The notes beneath the pieces were generated by a model. The model saw nothing but the letters and a program-made list of their open reading frames with translations, did no database searches and had not been told where the DNA came from. A stretch of 64,000 nucleotides of DNA, from positions 2,144,001 through 2,208,000 of the forward strand of contig OZ241322.1 of assembly GCA_965199715.1 (NCBI GenBank), written 5' to 3'. Shown here piece by piece: positions 1 through 11,800 of this stretch (within the stretch, counting starts at the first letter, position 1; every line of letters begins with the position of its first letter). The translations under genes were made by a program, and so were the position numbers. Origin of the DNA: Vicinamibacteria bacterium. Its GTDB lineage: Bacteria > Acidobacteriota > Vicinamibacteria > Marinacidobacterales > Marinacidobacteraceae.

Positions 1-40
1 TAGCACCGGCTACCATCGCCCCGACCGGAAGGGGAACAGC

Positions 41-1144
41 GTGAAGGACGGCGATGCCGCGTGGGTGGAATTCGAGGGCGTCAGCAAGACGTGGGACGGC
101 CGGACCATGGTCGTGGACGGCCTCGACCTCGAGGTGCGGCAGGGCGAATTCCTGACCCTGCTCGGTCCGTCGGGCTCCGGCAAGACGACCTGCCTGAACA
201 TGCTCGCGGGCTTCGAAGCCCCGACGGCGGGCGCGATCCGCATCCGGGGCGTTCCGGTCGAGAACGCCCCGCCCCGGAAGCGCGGCATCGGCATGGTGTT
301 CCAGAACTACGCGCTCTTCCCCCACCTGACCGTGGGGCAGAACCTCGCCTTCCCGCTGGAGATCCGCAGGGTGGACGCGGCCGACCGGCGCCGACGGGTG
401 GCGCGGGCGCTGGATCTGGTTCGCCTCGTCGGCTACGAGGACCGCCGGGTCACCCAGCTTTCGGGGGGACAGCAGCAGCGGGTCGCGATCGCCCGGGCGC
501 TCGTGTTCGAGCCGGACCTCGTGCTCATGGACGAGCCGCTCGGCGCGCTCGACCGTCGCCTCCGGGAGGAGCTCCAGTACGAGATCCGCCGCATCCAGCG
601 GGCGCTCGGCGTGACCTTCATCTACGTGACCCACGACCAGCAGGAGGCCATGGTCCTCTCCGACCGCGTGGCCGTCTTCGAGGGCGGGCGGCTCCGGCAG
701 GTGGCCTCGCCGGAGGGCCTCTACGAGGAGCCGACGTGCAGCTTCGTGGCCCGGTTCGTCGGGGAGAACAACCGCATCCCCGGCGTGGTCGAGGGAATCG
801 ACGGAGCGATCGTCGAGGTGCTGTCCGGCGAGAGCCGCATCCGGGCGCTTCTGGTCGCCCCGCTCGAGGTCGGCGACCGCACCACGCTGTCGATTCGCCC
901 CGAGCGGATCCGCCTCGCCCCCGAACCGGACCAATTCGCCAACGACTTCAAGGCGGAAGTGCTGGACCTCGCCTTCCTCGGCGATCACCTGCGCGTGCGG
1001 ATGCGCCTCCTCGAATCGGGAGACTTCATCGTCAAGATCCCGAACACGGTCGGGCACGGCGGCGTGGTCCCGGGCGACCGCGTCCGCGTCGGCTGGACCG
1101 CGACCGACTGCCGCGCCCTCGACTTCGAGCCCGAACCGGCGTGA
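41..1144 (+). CDS. potA: Polyamine-type ABC transporter ATP-binding subunit
   Basis: Walker A GPSGSGKT, Q-loop VFQNYALFPHL, LSGGQQQRVA, Walker B LMDEP, C-terminal TOBE-like region. Confidence 0.9.
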   Translation: MKDGDAAWVEFEGVSKTWDGRTMVVDGLDLEVRQGEFLTLLGPSGSGKTTCLNMLAGFEAPTAGAIRIRGVPVENAPPRKRGIGMVFQNYALFPHLTVGQNLAFPLEIRRVDAADRRRRVARALDLVRLVGYEDRRVTQLSGGQQQRVAIARALVFEPDLVLMDEPLGALDRRLREELQYEIRRIQRALGVTFIYVTHDQQEAMVLSDRVAVFEGGRLRQVASPEGLYEEPTCSFVARFVGENNRIPGVVEGIDGAIVEVLSGESRIRALLVAPLEVGDRTTLSIRPERIRLAPEPDQFANDFKAEVLDLAFLGDHLRVRMRLLESGDFIVKIPNTVGHGGVVPGDRVRVGWTATDCRALDFEPEPA

Positions 1145-2184
1145 GGCCCGTTCTCCTTCTCGCCGTCGCGCTCGGCGGCTGCGGCCCCGGCCCCGACCTC
1201 ACCGCCGTCTCGTGGGGCGGCTCCTACGCCCGCGCCGTGAACCGGGCGGTGTACGAGCCGTTCGAGGCCGAGAAGGGCGTCACGCTCGGGCGCGAGGACT
1301 ACAACGGCGGGCTCGCCGAGATCCGCATCCAGGTGGACACCGGCAACATCCACTGGGACGTGATCTCGCTCGAGGCGTTCGACGTCCTGCGCGGCTGCGA
1401 CGAGGGCCTGCTGGAGCCGATCCCGCCCGACCTGCTCGACGACCCCGACGACTTCCTCCCCGGCGCGCTGAAGGAGTGCGCGGTCGGGACCGTCGTGTTC
1501 TCCACGATCTACGCCTTCCACCCGGACGCCTTTTCCGGCGAAAAGCCCTCGACCATCGAGGACTTCTTCGATCTCGAGCGGTTTCCCGGGCGGCGCGGCA
1601 TGCGCCGGACCCCGTCCGTGAACCTCGAGTTCGCGCTCATGGCCGACGGCGCTGCCCCGGAACGGGTGTACGAGGTCCTCGCGACGCCGCAAGGGCGGGA
1701 TCGCGCCTTCGCGAAACTCGACACGATCCGCGACGAGGTGGTCTGGTGGGAGGCCGGCGCCCAGCCGCCGCAGCTTCTCGCCGACGCCGAGGTGGTCATG
1801 TCCACCGCCTACAACGGGCGCATCTTCAACGCCCAGGCGCTCGAGGGCCAGCCCTTCGTCATCGTCTGGGACGGGCAGGTGCTGGACGTGGGGCAGGCGG
1901 GGATCGTCGCCGGCACTCCCAACCTCGAACTCGCCCTCGAGTACCTGCGCTTCGTCACCGATCCCGAGCGGCTCGCCGGGATCTCCGCGCTCATCGCCTA
2001 CGCCCCGTCGCGGCGCTCGGCCACCTCGCTCGTCGGGGACCACGCCGACCTCGGGATCGACATGCTCCCCCACATGCCGACGAACCCGGCGCACCTCGAG
2101 CGCGCCCTGACCTCGGACACGCTCTGGTGGGCGGACAACCTCGACGAACTGAACGAGCGCTTCGCCGCCTGGCTGAACCGATGA
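1141..2184 (+). CDS. ABC transporter substrate-binding lipoprotein (PotD/PotF-like)
   Basis: GTG start overlapping the previous stop; lipobox-like LGGC; SWGG, LEFALMADG, AYNGR motifs. Confidence 0.85.
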   Translation: MRPVLLLAVALGGCGPGPDLTAVSWGGSYARAVNRAVYEPFEAEKGVTLGREDYNGGLAEIRIQVDTGNIHWDVISLEAFDVLRGCDEGLLEPIPPDLLDDPDDFLPGALKECAVGTVVFSTIYAFHPDAFSGEKPSTIEDFFDLERFPGRRGMRRTPSVNLEFALMADGAAPERVYEVLATPQGRDRAFAKLDTIRDEVVWWEAGAQPPQLLADAEVVMSTAYNGRIFNAQALEGQPFVIVWDGQVLDVGQAGIVAGTPNLELALEYLRFVTDPERLAGISALIAYAPSRRSATSLVGDHADLGIDMLPHMPTNPAHLERALTSDTLWWADNLDELNERFAAWLNR

Positions 2185-3353
2185 ACCGCGCCCGGCTGCG
2201 GGCCTTCGGGCTCACGCTGCCGCTCCTCGCGTTCATCGGGGTCAGCTTCCTCATGCCGCTCGCGACCATGGTCGCGCGCAGCGTGTACGACCCGGTCGTG
2301 GCCGACGCGCTGCCCGAGACCCTCGCCGCGCTCCGGGAATGGGACGGGAGCGGCGTTCCCGGCGACGCCGCCTTCGCCGCGGCGCTCGCCGAGCTTCGCC
2401 GCGCCCGCTCCGAGCGGACCATCGGCCGGGTCGCCGGGCGGGTCAACCGGGTCGAGAGCGGATCGCGCAGCGTGGTCATCGCCGGCTCCCGCGCCGAGGG
2501 CGGGGACCCGAGAGCCGCGCTTCTCGCCGCCGATCCGACGTGGGGCGAGTCGGCCCACTGGCGCGCGATCCGCGGCGCCGGCGAGCGGTTCACCGTCCGC
2601 AACTACCTGCGCGCGCTGGACCTCGAGCGCCTTCCCGACGGAACCCTCGGCCGCCAGCCGGAGGACCTTCGCATCTACGTCCCGCTGCTGCTGCGCACGC
2701 TGTGGGTGAGCGCGGTCGTCACGCTGCTCTGTCTCGTCCTCGGCTACCCGATCGCCCACCTGATCGCCCACGCCCGGCCGCGCAACGCCCGCATCCTGCT
2801 GTTGCTCGTGCTGGTGCCGTTCTGGACCTCGCTCCTCGTGCGCACCACCGCGTGGATCGTGCTGCTCCAGTCCAACGGGGTCCTGAACGACCTCCTCGTG
2901 CGGTTCGGGATCGTCGGCGACGCGGAGCGGATCGCGATGATCTACAACATGACCGGCACGCTGGTCGCGATGACCCACGTGCTGCTGCCGTTCATGGTGC
3001 TCCCGATGTACTCGGTCATGCGGGGGGTGCCGCCGCACGCGATGCGCGCCGCCCGCTCGCTCGGGGCGACCGGGCTCCAGGCGTTCGTCCGGATCTACTG
3101 GCCGCTGACGCTGCCGGGCGCCGCCGCGGGCGGCCTGCTCGTCTTCATCCTCGCCATCGGCTACTACATCACGCCGGCGCTCGTCGGCGGCAGCAGCGGC
3201 CAGCTCATCTCCAACCTGATCGCCTTCCACATGCAGACCTCGCTCAACTGGGGGCTCGCCGCCGCGCTCGGCGGGATCCTGCTGATCGCGGTGGGAGCGC
3301 TCTACGTCGCATACGACCGCTTCGTCGGCGTCACGAGCCTGCGCCTCGGATAG
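2181..3353 (+). CDS. potB: ABC transporter permease (PotB-like)
   Basis: ATGA overlap; LGYPIA, VPFWTSLLVR, AARSLGA loop, YYITPALVGG. Confidence 0.85.
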   Translation: MNRARLRAFGLTLPLLAFIGVSFLMPLATMVARSVYDPVVADALPETLAALREWDGSGVPGDAAFAAALAELRRARSERTIGRVAGRVNRVESGSRSVVIAGSRAEGGDPRAALLAADPTWGESAHWRAIRGAGERFTVRNYLRALDLERLPDGTLGRQPEDLRIYVPLLLRTLWVSAVVTLLCLVLGYPIAHLIAHARPRNARILLLLVLVPFWTSLLVRTTAWIVLLQSNGVLNDLLVRFGIVGDAERIAMIYNMTGTLVAMTHVLLPFMVLPMYSVMRGVPPHAMRAARSLGATGLQAFVRIYWPLTLPGAAAGGLLVFILAIGYYITPALVGGSSGQLISNLIAFHMQTSLNWGLAAALGGILLIAVGALYVAYDRFVGVTSLRLG

Positions 3354-4151
3354 ATGGGACGCCTCCTCTACCTCGGCTGGTGCGCCCTGGTCTTCGTCTT
3401 CCTCGTCGCGCCGATCCTCGTGATCGTGCCGCTCAGCTTCAACGCCGAGCCCTACTTCACGTTCACCCCCGGCATGCTGCGCCTCGACCCGGACGCGTTC
3501 TCGCTCCAGTGGTACCGTGCCCTGTTCGACGGCGGGGAGTGGACCCGCGCGCTCGGAAACAGCCTGCTCATCGGGACGCTCAGCGCGCTCCTCGCCACCG
3601 TCCTCGGAACGCTCGCCGCGCTCGGGCTGAACAGCCCGGCGATGCCCGCCCGCCGCATCGTGGCCGCGCTGCTCATCTCGCCGATGGTGATCCCGGTGAT
3701 CATCGCCGCCGCCGGGATGTTCTTCTTCTACTCGGACGTCGGGCTGACCCAGACCCATCTCGGCCTCGTGCTCGCCCACGCCGCGCTCGGAACCCCCTTC
3801 GTGGTCATCACCGTGACCGCGACGCTGTCGGGATTCGACCGCAACCTGATCCGCGCCGCCGAGAGCCTCGGGGCGGGGCCGGTGGAGGCGTTCCGGCGGG
3901 TGCGGCTGCCGCTGATCGCCCCCGGCGTGCTCTCGGGCGCGTTCTTCGCGTTCGCCGCGTCCTTCGACGAGGTCGTGATCGTGCTGTTCATGGGCGGGCT
4001 CCGCCAGCGGACGATTCCGCGCCAGATGTGGTCGGGCATCCGCGAGGAGATCAACCCGACGATCCTCGCCGCCGCGACCTTCCTGATCGCGTTCGCGCTG
4101 CTCCTGCTCTTCACGGTCGAGTGGCTGCGGGCGCGGACCCGGGAAGCCTGA
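3354..4151 (+). CDS. potC: ABC transporter permease (PotC-like)
   Basis: Hydrophobic; IRAAESLGA, SFDEVVI, TIPRQMW motifs. Confidence 0.85.
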   Translation: MGRLLYLGWCALVFVFLVAPILVIVPLSFNAEPYFTFTPGMLRLDPDAFSLQWYRALFDGGEWTRALGNSLLIGTLSALLATVLGTLAALGLNSPAMPARRIVAALLISPMVIPVIIAAAGMFFFYSDVGLTQTHLGLVLAHAALGTPFVVITVTATLSGFDRNLIRAAESLGAGPVEAFRRVRLPLIAPGVLSGAFFAFAASFDEVVIVLFMGGLRQRTIPRQMWSGIREEINPTILAAATFLIAFALLLLFTVEWLRARTREA

Positions 4152-4916
4152 TCAGCGCAAGTAGATCCGGTCCGGGTCCAGCTCCTCGCGCAGCAGGCGC
4201 AGCGCCTCGGGATCGGGCTGAGCGGTCGCGCCCGGCGAAGCGACGGTCCTGAGCTCCCAGCCGGTCGCGGCGCGGATCTCGCTCAGGGTCACGCCCGGGT
4301 GGATCGACTCGAGGACCATCTCCCGCGACTCGACATCGAATCCGTACACCCCGAGGTCGGTGATGACCCGGCTCGGGCCTCCGCCGGGAATCCCGAGCGC
4401 GGCGCGGCTGGTCCCGCCCTCGGCCCACCCGACGGTCGTGCGGAAGTCCAGCCGGGAAACGAACTTGCGGCGGTCCTGCCGGGCGATCACGACCGTCCGC
4501 CGGGCGTGCCGGGCGATGTCCGGGGCGCCGCCGGCTCCGGGGAGCCGCACCTTCGGCCGAGCGTAGTCGGCTCCCACGACCGTCGTGTTCAGGTTGCCGA
4601 ACCGGTCGATCTGCGCCGCCCCGAGAAAGCCGAGATCGGTGCGTCCGCCCTGGAGGAAGTAGAGGAACGTCTCGGCCATCGGCGTCGTCTGCGCGGCGCC
4701 GGTCACGAGGCAGGGATCGCCGATCGAAATCGGCAGCCGCGCGGGGCGCGCCCCGACCACTCCCGATTCGTAGATCAGGTGCGCGTCCGGCGCGTGCAGG
4801 CGGCGGGCGAGCTGCGCGGCGAGGTTCGGCAGCCCGATCCCCACGAAGACCGCGTCGCCGTCGCGGACCTCGCGGCTCGCGGCGAGGACCATGAGCTCCG
4901 AGCGGGTCGGCTTCAT
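4152..4916 (-). CDS. CoA-transferase beta subunit (glutaconate/3-oxoadipate type)
   Basis: VFVGIGLP, YESG catalytic Glu, LGAAQIDRFGNLNTT, RLPGAGG; start MKPTRSE overlaps the alpha-subunit stop. Confidence 0.88.
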   Translation of the reverse strand: MKPTRSELMVLAASREVRDGDAVFVGIGLPNLAAQLARRLHAPDAHLIYESGVVGARPARLPISIGDPCLVTGAAQTTPMAETFLYFLQGGRTDLGFLGAAQIDRFGNLNTTVVGADYARPKVRLPGAGGAPDIARHARRTVVIARQDRRKFVSRLDFRTTVGWAEGGTSRAALGIPGGGPSRVITDLGVYGFDVESREMVLESIHPGVTLSEIRAATGWELRTVASPGATAQPDPEALRLLREELDPDRIYLR

Positions 4917-5818
4917 CGATACGCCCCGTAGTCCACCGGCCCCGCGAGCGCCGGTCCGGGGCGAAGCCGCTCGAGCCGCTCGGATCCCAGCTTCGCCACG
5001 TACTCGGCCCGATCCGCGACCCCGCGCACCCACTCGTCGAGATACCGCTCGAGCCGCACCGGGTCGCGGGTGATCCGGTCCCAGGCGACGTAGGCGGCGT
5101 TGTCCCGGTCGTAGTAGCCCTGCGCGAAGCTCGGATGGGCGCCCCACGGAGCCTCCACCACCGCGTCCACGATCAGGCTCGGGATCGCGGTGCGGTCGGG
5201 GTCGGCGCGGACTGCGCTCTCGGGGACGATCTCCTCGACCACGACGATCACCCGCCGCGCCGCGAAGGCGACCTCCTTCTGGGCCCCGCCCAGCCCCCAG
5301 ATCTGCGCGTTCCCGTGTTCGTCGGCCCGCTGCGCGTTCACGATCGTCACGTCGGGCCGCAGCGCGGGAACCGCGTCGAGCGTCTCGCCGGTGAAGGGGC
5401 AGACGACTTCGCGGACGTTCGGGTTCACCCGCGGCAGGTCGGTGCCGCGATAGCTCCGCAGCGGCAGGAACGGCAGCCCGGAAGCCCCCGCCCGATAACG
5501 GCGGAGCAGGCCGAAGTGCGAGTGCTCCTCGATCTCGAGCGCGCCCGACTCCACCGCCCGGCGCACCGCGTGGAGCGAGCCGACTCCGGGGTTGCCGAGC
5601 CAGCCGAAGACCAGCTTTCGCGCCGTTCCCGCCGCGACCATCTGGTCCATGAGGAGGTCCGGGGTGAGGCGGACGAGCGTCAGGTCGCGGCGGCGCTGGC
5701 GGATGATCTCGTGCCCGGCGGCGAAGGGGATGAGGTGCGTGAATCCCTCGAGCGCGACCGTGTCGCCGTCGCGCACCAGCGCCGCGACGGCGTCCCGCAT
5801 CGAGCGAACCCGGGACAT
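4913..5818 (-). CDS. CoA-transferase alpha subunit
   Basis: DGDTVALEGFTHLIP, GNPGVGSL, AQRADEHGN, GAHPS..GYYDRD. Confidence 0.88.
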   Translation of the reverse strand: MSRVRSMRDAVAALVRDGDTVALEGFTHLIPFAAGHEIIRQRRRDLTLVRLTPDLLMDQMVAAGTARKLVFGWLGNPGVGSLHAVRRAVESGALEIEEHSHFGLLRRYRAGASGLPFLPLRSYRGTDLPRVNPNVREVVCPFTGETLDAVPALRPDVTIVNAQRADEHGNAQIWGLGGAQKEVAFAARRVIVVVEEIVPESAVRADPDRTAIPSLIVDAVVEAPWGAHPSFAQGYYDRDNAAYVAWDRITRDPVRLERYLDEWVRGVADRAEYVAKLGSERLERLRPGPALAGPVDYGAYR

Positions 5819-5820
5819 CG

Positions 5821-6819
5821 CTATGCGTCGAAGCGATCGAGCCAGTCCCGGAGGCGGGCGACCTCCTCCGCTCCGTCCGGCTCCAGTTCCGCCTGGTAGA
5901 GGCGGCTGCGGACCGCGAACCGCTCGAGGTCGTCGGGGTCGTCGCGCTCGAAGATCTCCCCGACGCGGCGGCGGAAGAAGGCGCCCCAGTCGGGCCGCCG
6001 GCCGTCCACGTCCGTGAATCCGTACTCCCGGGCGAGCGCCCAGCTCGAGAACAGGCCGCCGTTCTTCCTGCGGACGTCGGGATCGGCGGCGAGCGCCGCG
6101 ACCGCCCGGCCCACGAAGCACGGCGTCTCGGACTCGGCGAACCACGGATCCTTCTCGATCGCGTCCCGCCAGTTCGCCTCCGAGACCCCGAAGTGGTCCA
6201 GCATCGACTCCGAGCGCAGGAACCCCGGGGTCAGCGCCAGCGCGGTCACCCGATGCGCGCGGAGGTCGCGCGCCATGGCGCCGGCGAGGCGGATCGCGGC
6301 GTTCTTGGCGAGGTCGTAGAAGAGGTTCCCGCGGTAGCCGAGGGTGTCGCCGTCGGTGACCTCCACGATCAGCCCGCAGTCGCGCTCGACCATCAGCGGA
6401 GCGGCGTGGCGGCTCGTCACGATGTGGGTGTGGACGGCCCGCTCCAGCATCGTGAAGCCCTTTTCGACCGAAAGCTCCCAGAAGCGCGAGCCCCACTCGG
6501 TGAGCGCGTCGCCGCCCCAGACGTCGTTGACGAGGACGTCGAGGCGTCCGTGGTCCTTCCGGACCCGCGCGAACAGGTCGCGGACCTCTTCCTCGCGGGT
6601 GTGGTCCACCCGGACCGCGAGGCCGCGTCCGCCCTCCTTCGCGACGAGTTCGGCGGTCTCCTCGAGCGTCTCCGGGCGGCCCTCGGTCGCGGGCCGGCCC
6701 CGGACGCTGCGCCCGGTGCAGATCACGGTCGCCCCCGCCTCGCCCAGCATCCGGGCGATCCCCCGCCCGGCGCCGCGGGTGGCGCCCGCGACCACGGCGA
6801 CCTGCCCGCCGACGCTCAT
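5821..6819 (-). CDS. Short-chain dehydrogenase/reductase (DHRS1-like)
   Basis: AGATRGAGRG Rossmann motif, LDVLVND, YDLAK catalytic YxxxK. Confidence 0.88.
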   Translation of the reverse strand: MSVGGQVAVVAGATRGAGRGIARMLGEAGATVICTGRSVRGRPATEGRPETLEETAELVAKEGGRGLAVRVDHTREEEVRDLFARVRKDHGRLDVLVNDVWGGDALTEWGSRFWELSVEKGFTMLERAVHTHIVTSRHAAPLMVERDCGLIVEVTDGDTLGYRGNLFYDLAKNAAIRLAGAMARDLRAHRVTALALTPGFLRSESMLDHFGVSEANWRDAIEKDPWFAESETPCFVGRAVAALAADPDVRRKNGGLFSSWALAREYGFTDVDGRRPDWGAFFRRRVGEIFERDDPDDLERFAVRSRLYQAELEPDGAEEVARLRDWLDRFDA

Positions 6820-8030
6820 GCGAGGCGGCGGCCGATCTCGGCGATCTCCTCGCGGGTGATCGTGAGCGGCGGGGCGACGAGCGCGAGGTCCGGCGCGACC
6901 GGATAGACGAGCAGTCCCCGCTCGAAGGCGCGGTCCGCGAAGCGTCGCGCCGGGACTCCGGCGGTTCCGGCGAGAAGGCCGCGCGCCCACCAGTCCCCTG
7001 ACGGCGCGAGCGCTCGCCGCAGATCCTCCTCGAGCGCGGCGGCCCGTTCGACGAGCCTCTCGTCGCGGATGATGGTCAGCACCTCGCGGACGACCGCGGC
7101 GACCACCGGATGATGGGAGAACGTGAAGCCGTGGCGGAAGTCCGGGGCTGCCGCCTCGACGACCCCGGGCTTCGCGACCACGGCTCCGCCGGGAACGTAT
7201 CCGGAGGTCAGGCCCTTGCCGAGCGCGAGGACGTCGGGTTCCACCCCCGAATGTTCGCATGCGAGGAACCGCCCGGTGCGGCCGCATCCGGTGAGGACCT
7301 CGTCGGCGACGAGGAGCACGCCGCGTTCCTTCGCCGCACGGGCGACCCGGCGCAGGTAGTCCTCCGGCGGCGCGTACCCGCCCGCCGACGCGCCGAGCAC
7401 CGGCTCCACGAGGACCGCGGCGACGGTCTCGTCGATGCCGTTCGCGAGCTCGTCCGCGCAGGCGACCCCGCAATCCGGCCACGCGAGGTCGAGCGGGCAG
7501 CGCGGACACCACGGCGCCGGGACGAGGGGCATGTCGGCGAGCATGGCCTCGTAGGGAGCGCGCAGCGCGTCCCGCCCCGAAACCGCGAGCGCGCCGAGCG
7601 TGTTCCCGTGGTAGCCGGGACGCTGGGAAACGACCCGCCAGCGCTCCGGGCGGCCGGCGGCGACCGCGTGGGCGCGGGCCAGCTTGATCGCGGTCTCGAC
7701 TGCTTCGGCCCCGCCCGGAGTCAGATAGACGCTCGCGTCGCGATAGCCGGGCGGCAGCGAGGCCACGAGCAGCGCGGCGGCCTCCTCCATGGAGTCCGTC
7801 GTGAACTGGCCTCCGTGGACGTACCCGACCCGCTCCATCTGGCGGGCGGCGGCGCGGACGACGCGCTCGCGGCCGTGGCCCACGCTCACGGTCAGCGCGC
7901 CGCCGCAGGCGTCGAGCCACCGCCGGCCGTCCTTTCCCTCGATCCAGACGCCCGACGCCCGCGCCGCTATGTCGTAGGCGCGCTCGAGGTCCCGATAGAA
8001 GACCGCGCCCTTCGGATGCCCGAGCTTCAC
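6816..8030 (-). CDS. Class III PLP-dependent aminotransferase
   Basis: WLDACGG, GAEAVETAIK, YHGNT, ADEVLTG.GRTG, LGKGL, HGFTF; GTG start overlaps the upstream TGA. Confidence 0.88.
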   Translation of the reverse strand: MKLGHPKGAVFYRDLERAYDIAARASGVWIEGKDGRRWLDACGGALTVSVGHGRERVVRAAARQMERVGYVHGGQFTTDSMEEAAALLVASLPPGYRDASVYLTPGGAEAVETAIKLARAHAVAAGRPERWRVVSQRPGYHGNTLGALAVSGRDALRAPYEAMLADMPLVPAPWCPRCPLDLAWPDCGVACADELANGIDETVAAVLVEPVLGASAGGYAPPEDYLRRVARAAKERGVLLVADEVLTGCGRTGRFLACEHSGVEPDVLALGKGLTSGYVPGGAVVAKPGVVEAAAPDFRHGFTFSHHPVVAAVVREVLTIIRDERLVERAAALEEDLRRALAPSGDWWARGLLAGTAGVPARRFADRAFERGLLVYPVAPDLALVAPPLTITREEIAEIGRRLA

Positions 8031-8615
8031 GACCACACGCCGTCCGCGACGAGCCGGCGCGTCCGCCCGAGCGCCCGGGCGAGGCTCGGGGAGTTCGCCG
8101 CCGCCTCGGGATCCCGGGTCGCGCGTGCGAAGTTCTCGATGCGCAGGGCGCGTTCCGGTCCTGCCGCGCGCTCGCTCCCCTGACCTGGAGTCATCGCCCG
8201 CCGCACTTCCCTTTGGCGCGAGGTTTCGAAGATCCTGACCGAGCGGCGTTTCGGATGTTCCAGTTCGTCGGGTCTGAGTGGGATGCGACCGGGCTGGATG
8301 GAAAATTCCCGGGAGAGCCCTTCGTGGTCGGCCATGAACCAGCTTTCGAGCGCGCGAACGGGAATCCGGACGCACACGCGTGGGTTCACGTGATTCCCGC
8401 GCATGCGGCGCAGCAGTTCGGGAGCGCATTCGCGTCGATCGAGATCGCGCAAGACGAGCCAGTTCATGGGGGATCGGGACAGTTCGCGCACTTTCCGGTC
8501 AAGTCTGGACGAGGTTGCGATGAAGGGTACGGCCAGGATCCCCAAGCGCTCCAGAATGCGCGCCGCCGCGACGTCGGTGCGGCCCTCTACGGCGAGGAGG
8601 ACGCGGATCCAGGCC
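8027..8615 (-). pseudogene. DUF4276-like (TOPRIM-type) partner of AAA ATPase; start codon not evident
   Basis: AVEGRTD, VLRDLD, VRALESWFMAD, PDELEHPK motifs; lies directly after the AAA ATPase. Confidence 0.6.
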
Positions 8616-9760
8616 CGGCGACGCGCCTGCCGAGGAATGAGACCTCCCGGGGCTCCACGACCGAACGAAGAATCTCCGGGATGGACAGGCCGCGTTCGAG
8701 CAGCGAGGGCGCGTCGCGCAGTTCGCGCGCCAGCCGGGCGCTTGTTCCTTCCGCTCCCGGGATCAGGGCGATCACCTCGTCCGCGCCGACCCCGCCGGGG
8801 TCCTTGAGGATGTCGGTCGAGTGCGTCGTCGCGATCACCTGGACGCCCCGAGCGACGCCCGAGCTGTGGAAGAGGGGCGCCAACTGCCGTACGACTGCGG
8901 CGTGCAGCGAGAGCTCCGGCTCTTCCAGCAGGATCACGCCGCCCCGAGGGGTGTCGGAAAGCGCCCACAGCATTCCGACAAGCCGCAGGGCGCCGTCCGA
9001 GAAAGAGCGCTCGTCCTGGGCCGAGCCCCGGCGCCAGTGCTCGTGTTGCGCCAGCAGACGCCAGCTCCCATTGGCGTCCCGACTCGGCTGAAGCGCGCTG
9101 AGCTGGGGCGCGGCCAGCTTGAGGGCCTCTCGGATGCGAGCCGGAAGCCGTCGCCGTTTGTGGTCGGGAGTTCGGGCGATGGGGGCGAGGAAGTCGGAAC
9201 CGTGGGGATCTTCCGTGCGCAGATGCGCGAATTCCGGCTCGCGCACGAGTTGAGGGACGAGGTGGAAGTACCGGACGCGGTCGAGGAATCCGACGATGTC
9301 CCGCAACTCCTCGTTCGCATTCGTCTGTTCGAGATGAGTCTGGGTCAGTCGCGCCGGATCGGACTCGTCTTCGGCCGTCGGCCGCTCGAGGATCGTCTTC
9401 GCGCCCCGCTTCACGATCTCGCTCGTGAGCCGCGGACGCCGGCCCCGCGTCCCCCCAACGAGAGCGACCACGTCCACTGGCCCGGTCGGGCGTCGTCGCC
9501 GAGCCGGACTTCGAGCGTGACCAGCCCCTCGTTGAAGCCACGAGCGGCGAGGCAGCGGACCCGCGAGACCCCGCCCCGGATGGCCAGCGCGTCCTGAAAC
9601 CCCCGCCCGGCGCGGCGACGTCCCGCAGGAACCGGATCGCGTCGAGTAAGTTCGACTTGCCCGAAGCGTTGGCCCCCACCCCGAACATCCGCCCCGCCGC
9701 GTCACAGCGCAACTCCGTGAAGTTCCGCCACTTCCTCAGCGTGATCCCGGTGATTCGCAC
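8587..9760 (-). pseudogene. AAA_21/ABC-type ATPase, frameshifted
   Basis: WRNF..GANASGKSNLLDAIRFL in one frame, and SDGALRL, LLEEPE, TTHS in another; frame changes near 9597 and about 9455. Confidence 0.8.
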
Positions 9761-10389
9761 GGCGGCGGGATTCTACGGCGGCGGTTCCAGACTGCCGGCA
9801 TGACCAGGGAAGCCGCTATGGACCATCCGATCCACGAACTCGTCGCCCGCCGCTGGAGCCCCTACGGCTTCGCCTCGCGCCCGGTTCCGCCTGCGGATCT
9901 CCGCTCGCTCTTCGAGGCCGCGCGGTGGGCGGCGTCCTCCTTCAACGAGCAGCCGTGGCGCTTCCTGGTGGCCATCAGGGAGGACGAGGCCGCGTTCGCC
10001 CGCGTCCTCGAGTGCCTCATGGAGGGCAACCGCACCTGGGCCGCCGACGCGCCGGCCCTCGCGCTCGGTTGCGTGCGGACGACGTTCGCCCGTGACGGCC
10101 GCGAGAACTCGGTCGCCCGGCACGACCTCGGCCTCGCGGTCGGCAACCTCACCCTCGAGGCGACGGCGCGTGGGCTCTTCGTCCATCAGATGGCCGGCGT
10201 GCTTCCCGAGCGAGCCCGCGACCTCTTCGCCATCCCGGCGGAATTCGAGATGGTCACCGGGATTGCGATCGGCTACCGGGCCGAGGCGAAGGACCCGAAC
10301 CTGCGCCGTCGCGACGAGGGGCCCCGAACCCGGCGCCCGCTCGCCGAGTTCGTCTTCGGCGACAGGGGCGGCCGGGCCTTTCCTGACCC

Positions 10390-11790
<1,401 letters not shown>

Positions 11791-11800
11791 GGGGCCGATT

